Part shown: positions 34,701-42,481 of the stretch, in pieces | How positions within the stretch are numbered: position 1 is the stretch's first letter | Layout: each line of letters starts with the position of its first letter | Assembly: GCA_024274695.1 (NCBI GenBank) | Contig: JAJSAI010000014.1 | Coordinates: 1 to 57,875, forward strand | Reading direction: 5' to 3' | Source: an archaeon | GTDB taxonomy: Archaea > B1Sed10-29 > JAJSAI01 | DNA: 57,875 nucleotides | Notes under the pieces: model-generated | Databases searched by the model: none | What the model saw: only the letters and a program-made list of their open reading frames with translations | What the model was told of the DNA's origin: nothing | Made by a program: the position numbers and the translations under genes

Positions 34701-36466
34701 GTTTCAGGATCAACGTACTTTGCGTCCACGTCCACGACGGTGTCCTTTCTTATGAGCCCTTCAAAAAAGGCTACTCCTGCAGCGTTGGTCTCCTGTTCAG
34801 TCCGGTCGAGCCATTTTGATTCCACGGAGACCTTCGCTCCTTTCACCCTTTCTCCGGACGGGCTGGACACTACCACCATAATGTTTACTTTCTCTGACTC
34901 CATCCTGACCTGAAGGTACGCTTGCTTTCCTGCTTCTACGGTCACTGTGGTTTCGGAAGAGCATGGGGTCATGCTCTTTCCTTTGACTGCTTCCACGCAG
35001 TAGTCTCCTGGCTCCACCCACGGGAACACCGCGTGGCCGTAGGAGTCGGTCGTCTGGTCTGGAGCAGCCCATTCTTCTGGCTTGTTGTTCTCGAGCCTGT
35101 AGAGCTTTAGGTCCACTCCGTCAGCATAGGACCCGTCCTCGTAGAACACGTCCACCGCCAGGCTACCGTAGTCGTTGGGGTTCAGGCGTGTGAGCTCCAC
35201 AACGTTCTCTCCGCCCACTGTAACGTTAGCCTCTTTCACCTCGTACAAGTACTTGTAGAACATTGCGGTGTACTCTTCTCCTTTCTTCAGCCCCACCGTG
35301 CTCCTGCCGTTCGCGTTGGTCTCTGCTTCCAAGAACTTTACCCTGTTCCTGTCGAACACCTTGTAGTGCACGTTGGGCAGCGCGGCCACTTCGCCTGCTT
35401 TTTTGGTGATGAAAGTGGTGCTTTCAGCGTCTTCAAGGGTCACGTTCAGGGACAGGCTTCTAACGCTCTCGTTCAGCTCGTACGTTAGGTTGCTCTTGTA
35501 GTACAGGTAGTCCTCGCTCAGGACCCCTATCCTGAAAGGAGAGTACAGGGGGTAGTCCATGCACGCTGTCCCGTCCCTCGTGCGCGCGACCTTCTTGGTG
35601 CTCCCGCTGTGCGCGTCGTACAATTCCACTGAGACAGCGTATGGGACCACCTTCTGGTCAGGAGAGTAAACGGTAACGCACACGCTTCCCATTTCCTTCG
35701 GGGTCCTCTCCTGCTTCTCTAGTTTCAGGCATTCTGTGGACTGGCCTGCTCTCGTGAGATCCTCCCACGTGACGCCCTTAAGGTAGTACTCGTCCGCCCC
35801 GTATACTGCCCTGAAGGAGTACGTGTGGTCCTTCACGGCGGTGAGCGTGCACGAGGTCCCAGTGCATTCCCCTGTTTTTACCTTGTAACCGTACCCTGAG
35901 TACTCAGTGTAAGTGACGTTGGGGAGGAAAACCTTTCCTTCAGAGTCCTGGACGCAGAAGGTCACCTGCGATGCAGCGGGCTTGATGCCCTGACAGTTCA
36001 GCGTTATCGTGTAAGGTTGGGCCTGCTGCCCCTGCACGGTTATTTCTTCTTCCGCGTCCTCGCAGTTCTCTACTTCTGCAACTTTGACAGTGTACGTTCC
36101 AGGAAGAACGTTAAGAGAAAGCAGTCCGTCAGCGTCAGTGTACCCTCCGTCAACAGGATTGTCCTCTTGGTCGAATAACTGCACTTTCGCGTTGGGTATG
36201 CTGGCCCCCGTATTGCTCACGACGCTTATGGATATTGGCACGGGCTGGGGGCCTGCTCCTCCAAGGCCTCCTACTATTCCGGCAGTAAAGTATACTACCA
36301 GCATTAGCACGGCGGCAAAAACGGGCAGTGAAGGGATCCCGTGCTTTTCTATCGGGTCAACAAGCTTGTACACTGGGACTCCTTTTCCGTCCATCCAGTC
36401 AAGCAGGTCGAACCAGCGGTCTTCAACCGCGTAATAAGCATTGAGCAGGGTGTCTGCAAAACCCAT
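28766..36466 (-). CDS. Giant (2566 aa) N-terminally anchored surface protein with repeated beta-sandwich domains and a Cys-rich C-terminal module
   Basis: Uninterrupted 7.7-kb ORF. A cytoplasmic N-region of about 46 aa is followed by a TM helix (LPVFAAVLMLVVYFTAGIVGG). At least 5 CarboxypepD_reg/PEGA-like repeats follow (e.g. IPNAKVQLFDQEDNPVDGGYTDADGLLSLNVLPGTYTVKV). The last ~100 aa contain 12 Cys. Confidence 0.85.
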   Translation of the reverse strand: MGFADTLLNAYYAVEDRWFDLLDWMDGKGVPVYKLVDPIEKHGIPSLPVFAAVLMLVVYFTAGIVGGLGGAGPQPVPISISVVSNTGASIPNAKVQLFDQEDNPVDGGYTDADGLLSLNVLPGTYTVKVAEVENCEDAEEEITVQGQQAQPYTITLNCQGIKPAASQVTFCVQDSEGKVFLPNVTYTEYSGYGYKVKTGECTGTSCTLTAVKDHTYSFRAVYGADEYYLKGVTWEDLTRAGQSTECLKLEKQERTPKEMGSVCVTVYSPDQKVVPYAVSVELYDAHSGSTKKVARTRDGTACMDYPLYSPFRIGVLSEDYLYYKSNLTYELNESVRSLSLNVTLEDAESTTFITKKAGEVAALPNVHYKVFDRNRVKFLEAETNANGRSTVGLKKGEEYTAMFYKYLYEVKEANVTVGGENVVELTRLNPNDYGSLAVDVFYEDGSYADGVDLKLYRLENNKPEEWAAPDQTTDSYGHAVFPWVEPGDYCVEAVKGKSMTPCSSETTVTVEAGKQAYLQVRMESEKVNIMVVVSSPSGERVKGAKVSVESKWLDRTEQETNAAGVAFFEGLIRKDTVVDVDAKYVDPETKETYYTMLPGVVMDTDKTLNITLTRPNASVNVMGLEFSSGETQDKLTAGKWYYLVVSYGLLQEYKNTSIELKLPDEMISVQAEQEYEYDAGDNKIRIIDSQPQESAVKQVRIPVYVRHWKGSESKELVIRYHGSWQKPQVTVRDPGEGEKEFKITAYNGEGTYLPGEGLTVIWSLFDSENRPLSSPVQLSPGEDATAVVTVVNEKPETYNKDISLSVSGEGNLLRVNEVKYKCEGETTAHAVTRTGNKYIISRYCPGATESDYGLRPFKSLTITMKLHALTPAQKGAYHQYIHVKPGSGDSQKQVIITTDKTQCKPEEEYTEEDWEKGTMVCNQNAGIMEYATITVDGKDYYWKKIPDVGFMKPFTLTYLVKQMPGADTELEGKTITIKEESSSGTHFDVDTATGNDNVVAYTENKQKWNYHIIYSGDVVAVAVGKGYYNGKGKLSITLGNGENIIDRVYLNVEKAPRPETCSEDQKVCLEVYRLKGSGEYKTSGTGSPVEKEYKNTLSNPVVIVTDSPSKTSFSLNKLEISGSCAGKATVRIGTVKKWYSYSYQDKKVEWKDDTLEITKEARITLEFREQKTLTAEDGVLSFNDVGKVTPDEKGKIALMIKCDGTLKLAQEKNGGQTIVLNKPKSLTKTTKEGHYYSLSCPGKQVMLAFSCYDSLPEYLESMGCEVEKTYKCTERTKYTADHITYSEAPAVEMEWEAKEPANIRLEEGRTGKYQIVLSYYGTDTLSDTVRISTQEGYFRLVKGAGDSAKAVLHSGEERGAKLEYTLGTDYSNGQGTYRQATVKDYKGIAYGDSLVINLGLYGFIPETDTLNVSVGGRSLDVTVPISPWTKDYKCSEEVPLCWSTSMTDEDGNICNPSQPGACALKIGEEATLDISLIKKGDVPLVPDKISLEYSGEENAVSRSAASCSVSPEATACEPAQGNSPEDVVLEIAGDKFQQASISIPVKATFYGKMGYELKVTTGSEEHSLASMSAPVGGFMKVQSPEEIDIDEFTPEVTVPLKDLNTNTILTSKYIKRIEITQAGETVCTLDKSVEGGITDSENGIKLDLGLCLLSNERRDFPWKELLDQDQNAQMIIESDERIAGQPYFDKPVTVPMKIKACYPDRLDSEDNTLIISQKNDVSIILNNRCDGVSVSGASVLKAEVSSDEGTADCLASGAWRCSAENVKVESDESQITFSASITLYAPFPSTNTNIDVKGEFTAEKNGITKKVPIEYKATVQEEAAAPAGGVEVISADFSKTLKKGETFDPDAFATLAQILTGAKTPNQAFRSVYYKLNKDEMYIAVNTLGLDDEVFTDFWPEIGYGTVKTTNYQTAEGTTKKLRYYETGKLSDMNPKEKLENFLAFIPADASSIAEKRPSVYQTRVVITTGKSIEEEVHKLMNALWGVGEKEGYSVSYSRSVLGDEEYTHNLIIETCFDETQQACQDLWENVPELENRFPAAGLAYLDKNNYLHIVGPTLDSVKEFIDNIIRFSKGNEVLEIRDGKWITSRTDYEVLNLLGTSLSEDEKAQIRNIIHEKTGKDVVEEGEEVGEDQVRVVYRSSPEEVSWPYIIIGRPSDFTPEQVGEYSEILNFKAAVSEKAGWTLPEDTAVYWETANHVYLSIPQGKESKISSLLSERLGSGQDNSITTVADNDLGKVIMEFKEGDYKTLAKVLYYTTTSEHKTIALYLSSAPGIQACEIPSTPTTMKGIQQNTLDTINGMTAGRKLIKISNKNLVVKDAPSPAGENDKRVFYGKCAAFCGNMRYTGEDKKHIALDCYVPLNVFADEIDIIPLQAEGTEITVGVETKTIWSSTETLKFSPKGFVPYIHLKIKGGSFPSDGTTISLPIGLGNLRVNVIMGSEDSGGTITYTISPWGSYYTVTGAEKKGPSESGSGENCGYKVICHGLSNWKLCDTEKVTLKCPDEALCVNKANGYCSWTCLAQNSKGSCLYCEGGLATKEGWCVTKGPNADYEHYQEYVSAQSESED

Positions 36467-36500
36467 AAGATCACCGCTCTAAAGGAAATAAAGGGGGAAG

Positions 36501-36513
36501 AATATTTATATTA
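36501..36513 (-). promoter_or_regulatory. TATA-like AATATAAATATT upstream of the giant gene
   Basis: About 40 nt upstream of the ATG at 36466, with the SD-like GGTGATC 3 nt before the ATG. It overlaps the stop of the archaeosortase-like gene. Confidence 0.35.
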
Positions 36514-37050
36514 CTTTCCTAACCCTTTCCACGCTTTCGCAAGCCCCCGGAACACTCTTCCTCCCAGCACGTACCATGCGTAGTAGTATCCTGCGATCGT
36601 GCCCAGCAAGGTGGCCCTGAAGAACAGGTCGTGAACAAGGTCCGCTGTTCCTAGCCCGTGGGAAAAGGCAGACCATAACACGATCCAGATCCTGACAGGA
36701 TTTACGACCGCCACCAGCAGTAGCCCCAGCAGCACTCCCGCGAGCCTGTTCCTCCTGCTCCTGTCAGGGGTCGCGAGCACCGCGGCGACCACTACCGCGA
36801 TCTCCACGTTACCCGCGCACAAGTCGTTCACTTCTGCTCTCAGCCCGCCAGCGGTCACCACGGGATCTTCTCCTGAGAGGACGCACGAGCTAGGCACTCC
36901 GACACTGTTGAGTAGGCTGCTGGCAGCGCACGCTGAGAAGGCTTTTAAAGGGTAAAGGCCTGTTATTCCCAGAAACGCCCACACGGCTGCCGCGATGGCA
37001 AGCACTCTCGCCGTGAAAACGGCAGCGTCCCGGAGCTCTCGCGATCGCAT
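36511..37050 (-). CDS. Minimal exosortase/archaeosortase-family protein (ArtE-like size, 179 aa)
   Basis: About 5 TM helices. Family-type motifs: DLC(78)AGN, then VVN(117)PVR(120)IWIV 42 residues later, then DLVH(140)DLFF. C-to-R spacing and context match the conserved Cys/Arg core of the family. Confidence 0.65.
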   Translation of the reverse strand: MRSRELRDAAVFTARVLAIAAAVWAFLGITGLYPLKAFSACAASSLLNSVGVPSSCVLSGEDPVVTAGGLRAEVNDLCAGNVEIAVVVAAVLATPDRSRRNRLAGVLLGLLLVAVVNPVRIWIVLWSAFSHGLGTADLVHDLFFRATLLGTIAGYYYAWYVLGGRVFRGLAKAWKGLGK

Positions 37051-37083
37051 GACAAGAGAAAGGGGTCTTGGAGGTTAAAAAGA

Positions 37084-39363
37084 GTGGTGGAGTACACCAT
37101 CAGGACAGAAGGAGGGAAAAGATACCTTGTAATAAACTACAAGGGCAGGCCAATAGGCCCTAGTGTCGTGGACTACCCCCAGTGCATGAAAGAAGTGATA
37201 GAACTTCTTGAGAAGACTGACGCGGATTACGTGGTCCTGTCAGACGTTTACGAGATAACCTATGATGAAGAACAGACCAAGATGCTCAAGGAAATTGCTG
37301 ACGTTGCGAAACTCTTTTTCAAGCAGGGGGTCTGGAACCCCAGCAAGCTCGTTAACAACAAGGCCTGCGAGGACATGATCCCGAGCAGGTACAACACGGT
37401 CCTCTCAATAGCCCAGGGACTCCTGAAGCAGGACCCGATAAAAGCGTACGTGACTCTGATTAACGTGATAAAAAGAGAAGAGTCTTCCCTTGAGACCCTG
37501 CGGTCTCCCAGGAGGGAGTGCACCGAACACTACCTCAGAACCTTGTACGCCATGAGGGACGAGCTTGAGAAAACGACACTGATCAAAAAGTTTGTTGAGC
37601 TCGCGAGCAAGACAGGAATAAAAAAGATAACAAGAGAGGTCTACCGGCCGTTTTTTGAGGCCCAGATAAAGCCTGCTTTTGTTTCCAGTAGGGTCTTCTT
37701 CTACACTCCTCCTGAGGTCGTGCTGGTTGACCAGTACCAGGTGGCTGATGCGACCGTTAGTATTTACCAGCATCCTGAGAGGATAAACCTGTTGTACTAC
37801 CTGAACCCTCCTGAGTACTCCCTCACGCCCGAAAAGTACTTCCTGCTGTCCAAGACAAGAGAGATAGTCTCCACGTATCATCCGAAGGGAATAAGGTTCA
37901 TGAGCCCGAGGGAGGTCAAGGAATACTTCACCAGCGTGTACGAGACCACCATCCGGGACCTGGCGGACAGGCACAAGATCACGATAACGCCCGAGGAAAT
38001 AGAACAGCTTGCAAGGATCGTCACCAGGTACACTGTGGGGTACGGCATGATGGAGCTCCTGCTGTCCGACAGGAAGCTGACGGACGTGTACATGGACGCT
38101 CCCCTCGGCACGAAACCAGTTTACGTGGTGCACGGGGAGTACGGCACGTGCGAGACAAACGTGCTGTTCACAGAAGAAGAGGCCAAGGGAATAATTTCAA
38201 GGTTCAGGGCACAGTCAGGAAGGCCTTTTGACGAGGCCCACCCCGTGCTGGACTATGACATTCCTGACCTACAGACAAGGGTCGCGGTGATAGGCCCTCC
38301 GCTGTCCCCTGACGGGGTGGCGTTCGCCCTCAGGCTCCACAAGCTAACCCCCTGGACCCTCCCCCAGTTCATTGACGTGAAAATGCTTAACGCGGACACC
38401 GCAGGGCTATTGTCCTTTCTTATAGAAGCCCAGGCGAGCACGCTCGTGAACGGGTCAAGGGGCTCTGGTAAGACCAGCCTGCTGATGAGCCTCATGCTCG
38501 AGCTCCTGCCCTCCCTGAGGATAATCGTGCAAGAAGACACTCTAGAGATCCCTGTCCCTTACATGAAAAGGATAGGGTATAACATACAGCGGCTGAAAAC
38601 ACAGTCCGCGATAGCCGTGAGCAGGACCAGTGCTGAAGTGCCTCCTGAGGAAGCCCTGAGGACCGCGCTCAGGCTGGGGGACTCCGTGCTCGTGATAGGA
38701 GAGGTCAGGTCGAACGAGGCGAAGGTCTTGTACGAGGCAATGAGGGTGGGGGCCATCGGGAACGTGGTCATGGGAACCATCCACGGAGAAAACGCTTACT
38801 CTGTCTGGGACAGGATCGTGAACGACCTCGGGGTCCCTAACACGAGCTTCAAGGCCACTGACGTGATAGTCACGGCCGCGCCCATCCGGTTCGGAGGCTC
38901 TCTGAAGAGGCACAGGAGAGTGATAGAAATAACAGAGGTCAAGAAGCACTGGTACGAGGACCCTGAAAAAGAAGGCGGCCTGCTCACGCTCCTGAAGTTC
39001 GACGCCAAGAGGGACACACAGTATTACGTGAAAGAAGCTTTCGAGGAATCAGAGCTGTTGAAGAGAATAGAGGAAAGGTGGGGTGTTGACCGGGAGTTCC
39101 TGATGAACGAGATAAGGGCAAGGGCCCAGGCGAAACAGTTCCTCGTGGACCAGAAAAGAAAGCACAACATCCCTGACCTGCTAGAGGGAGAGTACACCGT
39201 GCCGGCCAACAACATGTACAGGATAATACAAGAGAGGCAGAGGACAGAGCTCGGCAGCGTGGACCACAAGAAACTCCTGCAAGAATGGAAGAAGTGGGTG
39301 CTCGAGGCCCAGGTCAAGCCTCTCATAAGGGTGAGCAAGAGTGCCGAGAAAAAGAAGGCATAA
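37084..39363 (+). CDS. Type IV pilus/archaellum-family assembly ATPase (FlaI/PilB/VirB11 superfamily), 759 aa
   Basis: Walker A NGSRGSGKTSLL, IIVQEDTLEI, VLVIGEVRSNEAKVLYEAMRVGAIGNVVMGTIHGENA (Asp and His boxes). It has a long N-terminal extension. GTG start with GGAGG 9 nt upstream. Confidence 0.85.
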   Translation: MVEYTIRTEGGKRYLVINYKGRPIGPSVVDYPQCMKEVIELLEKTDADYVVLSDVYEITYDEEQTKMLKEIADVAKLFFKQGVWNPSKLVNNKACEDMIPSRYNTVLSIAQGLLKQDPIKAYVTLINVIKREESSLETLRSPRRECTEHYLRTLYAMRDELEKTTLIKKFVELASKTGIKKITREVYRPFFEAQIKPAFVSSRVFFYTPPEVVLVDQYQVADATVSIYQHPERINLLYYLNPPEYSLTPEKYFLLSKTREIVSTYHPKGIRFMSPREVKEYFTSVYETTIRDLADRHKITITPEEIEQLARIVTRYTVGYGMMELLLSDRKLTDVYMDAPLGTKPVYVVHGEYGTCETNVLFTEEEAKGIISRFRAQSGRPFDEAHPVLDYDIPDLQTRVAVIGPPLSPDGVAFALRLHKLTPWTLPQFIDVKMLNADTAGLLSFLIEAQASTLVNGSRGSGKTSLLMSLMLELLPSLRIIVQEDTLEIPVPYMKRIGYNIQRLKTQSAIAVSRTSAEVPPEEALRTALRLGDSVLVIGEVRSNEAKVLYEAMRVGAIGNVVMGTIHGENAYSVWDRIVNDLGVPNTSFKATDVIVTAAPIRFGGSLKRHRRVIEITEVKKHWYEDPEKEGGLLTLLKFDAKRDTQYYVKEAFEESELLKRIEERWGVDREFLMNEIRARAQAKQFLVDQKRKHNIPDLLEGEYTVPANNMYRIIQERQRTELGSVDHKKLLQEWKKWVLEAQVKPLIRVSKSAEKKKA

Positions 39364-41413
39364 GAAAAAAGAGAGGATAGTCTCGCCAAAACAGTACGCT
39401 GAAGCCTACGGGAGCCTGCTCCAGGGGGGACAGGAGAAAAGGACTACTGGAATCAAAGAACCCCTGTACGTGCGGTTCGCCAGATTCGCTGGAAGGATTA
39501 TCAGAGCACCTAACAAGTTCCAGAAAATAGAGTACCAGGCGGCCCTGGACTTCTTGGGGTGGGACCTGGAGCCAAGGGACGTGAACGCTGCAGGCTCTCT
39601 AGCCCTCGTCCTGTCCCTGCTGGCAGTAGTCCCCGCGGCAGGCATTCTCTTGTACATGACCTTCGTAACCTACGAGCTTTCGTACACAATGCTCTTCTAC
39701 ACGCTCGGTCCGCTGGTGCTCGTCCCGTTCCTGGTCAGCTTCTACGTTCAGAACTACATTCTCTTCGCGGCCAAGAAGGAAAGGATGCTGGCAACATCCA
39801 GCATTTCCGACGTGGTCAACTACCTCACCATGAGCATGAAGCTCTCTCCCAACCTGGAGAGGGCGATATCCTTCGCGGCAGAGCACGCCACGGGAAAGAT
39901 CGCAGAAGAGCTCAAACAGCTTGACTGGGAGATCAGGACAGGAGTGCACGCGAGCGCTGAAGAGGCTCTGGACAAGCTCGCGTACAAGTGGGGAGCGTAC
40001 TCCGACGAGTTCAAGCACGCGCTAATGCTGATCAGGTCAAGCACGATAGAAGTGGACGAGGCCAAGAGGAGCCTGATCCTGGACAAGGCTGTCTCGGACA
40101 CCCTGGAAGGAATAAAAGAGAACATGAACGCGTACGCAGGAGAAATGAGGCAGCCCAGCATATACTTGTACTACATGGGAGTCCTTCTTCCCCTCCTGCT
40201 CATAATCCTTCTTCCGATAGGGAGCATAATGGCCAGGCTCCCGTTCTCTAGAACCCCTTTCATAATACTCTTCTACAACATCCTTGTCCCACTCGCCGTC
40301 TTCGTGTTCGCAAGGAACATAATAGGCAAAAGGCCTCCTGTCTACACTGCTCCCGAGATCCCGGACGACTTTCCCGGCCTACCTAAAAAGGGCAGGATAA
40401 GAATAGGGAAGTCAGAGGTTCCGGCAGTGCTCCTGGGGCTGGTGGCAGCCCTCGCGATCATAGGACTGTTCTCGCTCTTCCTGGACCCCGTGCTCAACCC
40501 GTACCCTCCTGAGTGGAACGTTCAAGCGCGGGAGAACTGGTACCCCCTGTTCAGCCTGACGGGGGTGTTCCTGGGAGGGGCTGTGTTCTCAAGCATTGTC
40601 CTGTACTCCCTCTCGCACGCCAAGCGTAAAGCCCAGAAGGAAATAATGGGCATGGAGAACGAGTTCCAGGACTCTGTCTACCTGCTCGCGAGCAGGCTGG
40701 GGGAGAACAGGCCCGTGGAAGAAGCGGTGGAGTATACCGCCAGTTTTCTGGGAGACACTCCCCTGGGCAGGTTCTACCAGAGGACCGCGGACAACATACG
40801 CAACTTGGGAATGACCCTGGACGCCGCGTTCTTTGACCCAGTCTACGGTTCGCTGAAAACCGTTCCGAGCAGGCTCATCCGAGGAGCTGTCAGGGTCATG
40901 GTTGACGCCATGAGCCTCGGAGTACAGCAGGCTGCAAGGGCCCTCATCTCCTTGTCCCTGCAGATCAGGGACTCCCAGAAGGTCAGGGAAAGGATAGTAG
41001 GGATACTGAAGGAAATCACGGGCATGATGCGGTCAATAGTCCTGTTCATAGGCCCCATAGTTCTGGGAATAACCACCTCCCTGCAGGGGATCGTGGTCAG
41101 CACGCTCAAGAGAGTGAGCGAGACAGGGCTCGCGGGAGGAACAGCTTCAATTCCGGGAGTCAACCTGCCCATGGTCTCCTTCGGCAGCCCAGAAGCCCTC
41201 GCGGGAACTCCTGGCCCGATGCTTTTCATGATAATAATGGCTGTTTTCATGGTAGAACTAACAGTCCTGCTGGTGTACTTCATAACAAGGGTGGAGGAAG
41301 GGGAGAACAATACAGTGCTCTACCACGAGCTCGCCAAGACCCTGCCGATAGCCCTCGCCCTGTTCTTCCTTTCGGCCTGGTTCTCCCAGTCTCTCACAGG
41401 GGCAGTGATCTGA
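39341..41413 (+). CDS. Polytopic pilus platform protein (FlaJ/TadC/GspF-like, two T2SSF-type helical domains)
   Basis: 690 aa. Two cytoplasmic helical domains (LERAISFAAEHATGKIAEELKQLDWEIRTG... and VEEAVEYTASFLGDTPLGRFYQRTADNIRNLG...) are separated by TM clusters. 23-nt overlap with the ATPase gene. Confidence 0.8.
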   Translation: MPRKRRHKKKERIVSPKQYAEAYGSLLQGGQEKRTTGIKEPLYVRFARFAGRIIRAPNKFQKIEYQAALDFLGWDLEPRDVNAAGSLALVLSLLAVVPAAGILLYMTFVTYELSYTMLFYTLGPLVLVPFLVSFYVQNYILFAAKKERMLATSSISDVVNYLTMSMKLSPNLERAISFAAEHATGKIAEELKQLDWEIRTGVHASAEEALDKLAYKWGAYSDEFKHALMLIRSSTIEVDEAKRSLILDKAVSDTLEGIKENMNAYAGEMRQPSIYLYYMGVLLPLLLIILLPIGSIMARLPFSRTPFIILFYNILVPLAVFVFARNIIGKRPPVYTAPEIPDDFPGLPKKGRIRIGKSEVPAVLLGLVAALAIIGLFSLFLDPVLNPYPPEWNVQARENWYPLFSLTGVFLGGAVFSSIVLYSLSHAKRKAQKEIMGMENEFQDSVYLLASRLGENRPVEEAVEYTASFLGDTPLGRFYQRTADNIRNLGMTLDAAFFDPVYGSLKTVPSRLIRGAVRVMVDAMSLGVQQAARALISLSLQIRDSQKVRERIVGILKEITGMMRSIVLFIGPIVLGITTSLQGIVVSTLKRVSETGLAGGTASIPGVNLPMVSFGSPEALAGTPGPMLFMIIMAVFMVELTVLLVYFITRVEEGENNTVLYHELAKTLPIALALFFLSAWFSQSLTGAVI

Positions 41414-41414
41414 C

Positions 41415-41813
41415 ATGCTGGGCAGGGGGCAAGAGTTCGCGGTAATGAAGCTCGTGCTCGCGGTAGCGTTCGCCGCGGCACTCCTGGTCATAGTCACATT
41501 GTATGCTGGAAGCATACAGCCCTCTCCCAGCGCGGCAGAAGACATCCAGGGCCTCCTGTCACAGGCCATGAGCGCGAGAGGCCAGTGCTTCCACAGGACG
41601 GTCACGTACCTTCCCAGCGAAAGGTATCCCTCCAGCGCTTTCACTCCCAGCACGGTGGAGTTCAAGATCAGCGCCAGGTACTCCCAAATTTTTACTGGAG
41701 GGAATGCTCTGGAAGTGAAAGATTACAGGGTGACCGTGGAAACAAGCGCGTCATGCGACACGGCAGGCCAGTGCACTGTCTGCGTGGGAGAGCCCGACTG
41801 CTCCTGCCCGTAA
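41415..41813 (+). CDS. Pilin-like protein (class III signal, Gln at +1)
   Basis: MLGRG|QEFAVMKLVLAVAFAAALLVIVTLY. The start lies 1 nt after the platform gene's stop. Confidence 0.7.
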   Translation: MLGRGQEFAVMKLVLAVAFAAALLVIVTLYAGSIQPSPSAAEDIQGLLSQAMSARGQCFHRTVTYLPSERYPSSAFTPSTVEFKISARYSQIFTGGNALEVKDYRVTVETSASCDTAGQCTVCVGEPDCSCP

Positions 41814-41829
41814 CACCGGGACAGAAACC

Positions 41830-41837
41830 TTTTAAAA
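41830..41837 (+). promoter_or_regulatory. Internal TATA box TTTTAAAA ahead of pilin gene 41869
   Basis: About 35 nt upstream of the start, in the only sizeable gap of the pilin cluster. Confidence 0.35.
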
Positions 41838-41868
41838 CCACACGCGCCTTTCTCTCTTCGGGTGATGC

Positions 41869-42291
41869 GTGATGAGGAAAGGACAGGCTTTCAGCACATT
41901 CCAGCTCATGATCGCGGCCGTGGTCGCGATAGCCATTCTCGGAATACTCCTCGCCATAATAGGAGGGATCTCCCCCCAGGTCTCCAGCCCCAAGCACGCG
42001 ATAGAAAACGCGCTCAGGGAAGCGTACTCTTCCCCTAAGATAGTGAAGTCATCCCCTCAGAAGGTCAGGTTCACTGAGGGGGATAGGTATCCTGGGACCG
42101 CGTTCTCAGAAGTGGTGGGAGGGTCCACTGTACTGTTCAAGTGCGGGAGTATAACAGGTTGTAGTGTGGAAGACAATGGTGAGACCCTTGCAGTCACATC
42201 CACCTTCGACGCCAAGATCTTCGCCACGTGTGATGGTGGAGAGTGCTGTGTTGGGGTCGGAACAGCAATAACGAGCGTGAGCGACTGCTAG
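41869..42291 (+). CDS. Pilin-like protein (class III signal, Gln at +1)
   Basis: MMRKG|QAFSTFQLMIAAVVAIAILGILLAII, 140 aa, with its own TATA-like box. Confidence 0.75.
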   Translation: MMRKGQAFSTFQLMIAAVVAIAILGILLAIIGGISPQVSSPKHAIENALREAYSSPKIVKSSPQKVRFTEGDRYPGTAFSEVVGGSTVLFKCGSITGCSVEDNGETLAVTSTFDAKIFATCDGGECCVGVGTAITSVSDC

Positions 42292-42323
42292 GTCAGCGAG
42301 GCCAGCTCGTGAGATGATCTCGG

Positions 42324-42467
42324 ATGCGCAGGGGGCAGAACTGGACTCCGATTTACCTGGTGATAATAATAGCCATAGCAGTCATCCTGCTGTTCACTAT
42401 AGTAAAGCCGATGTTCACGCAGGCGGGACAGTACGTGCAGTCCACCCTGCCCTCCGTCTTGTTCTGA
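42324..42467 (+). CDS. Mini-pilin, 47 aa (not in the supplied ORF track)
   Basis: Hand translation: MRRG|QNWTPIYLVIIIAIAVILLFTIVKPMFTQAGQYVQSTLPSVLF, stop TGA at 42465-42467. It has the same basic-G-Q plus hydrophobic helix signature as its neighbours. Confidence 0.55.
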   Translation: MRRGQNWTPIYLVIIIAIAVILLFTIVKPMFTQAGQYVQSTLPSVLF

Positions 42468-42481
42468 TCCTCTGAAAAACC

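Noticed and set aside
36320-36466. Giant protein N-terminus as a class III (pilin) signal (..EKHG|IPSLPVFAAVLML..)
   Set aside because: The leader would be about 46 aa and structured or acidic, unlike the short basic leaders of the bona fide pilin-like genes here. It is treated as a type II signal anchor.
42314-42475. Alternative 53-codon frame (MISDAQGAELDSDLPGDNNSHSS...) in the pilin-cluster gap
   Set aside because: It is hydrophilic and low-complexity, with no signal or similarity to neighbours. The overlapping 47-codon frame has the locus-typical R-G-Q plus hydrophobic helix signature.
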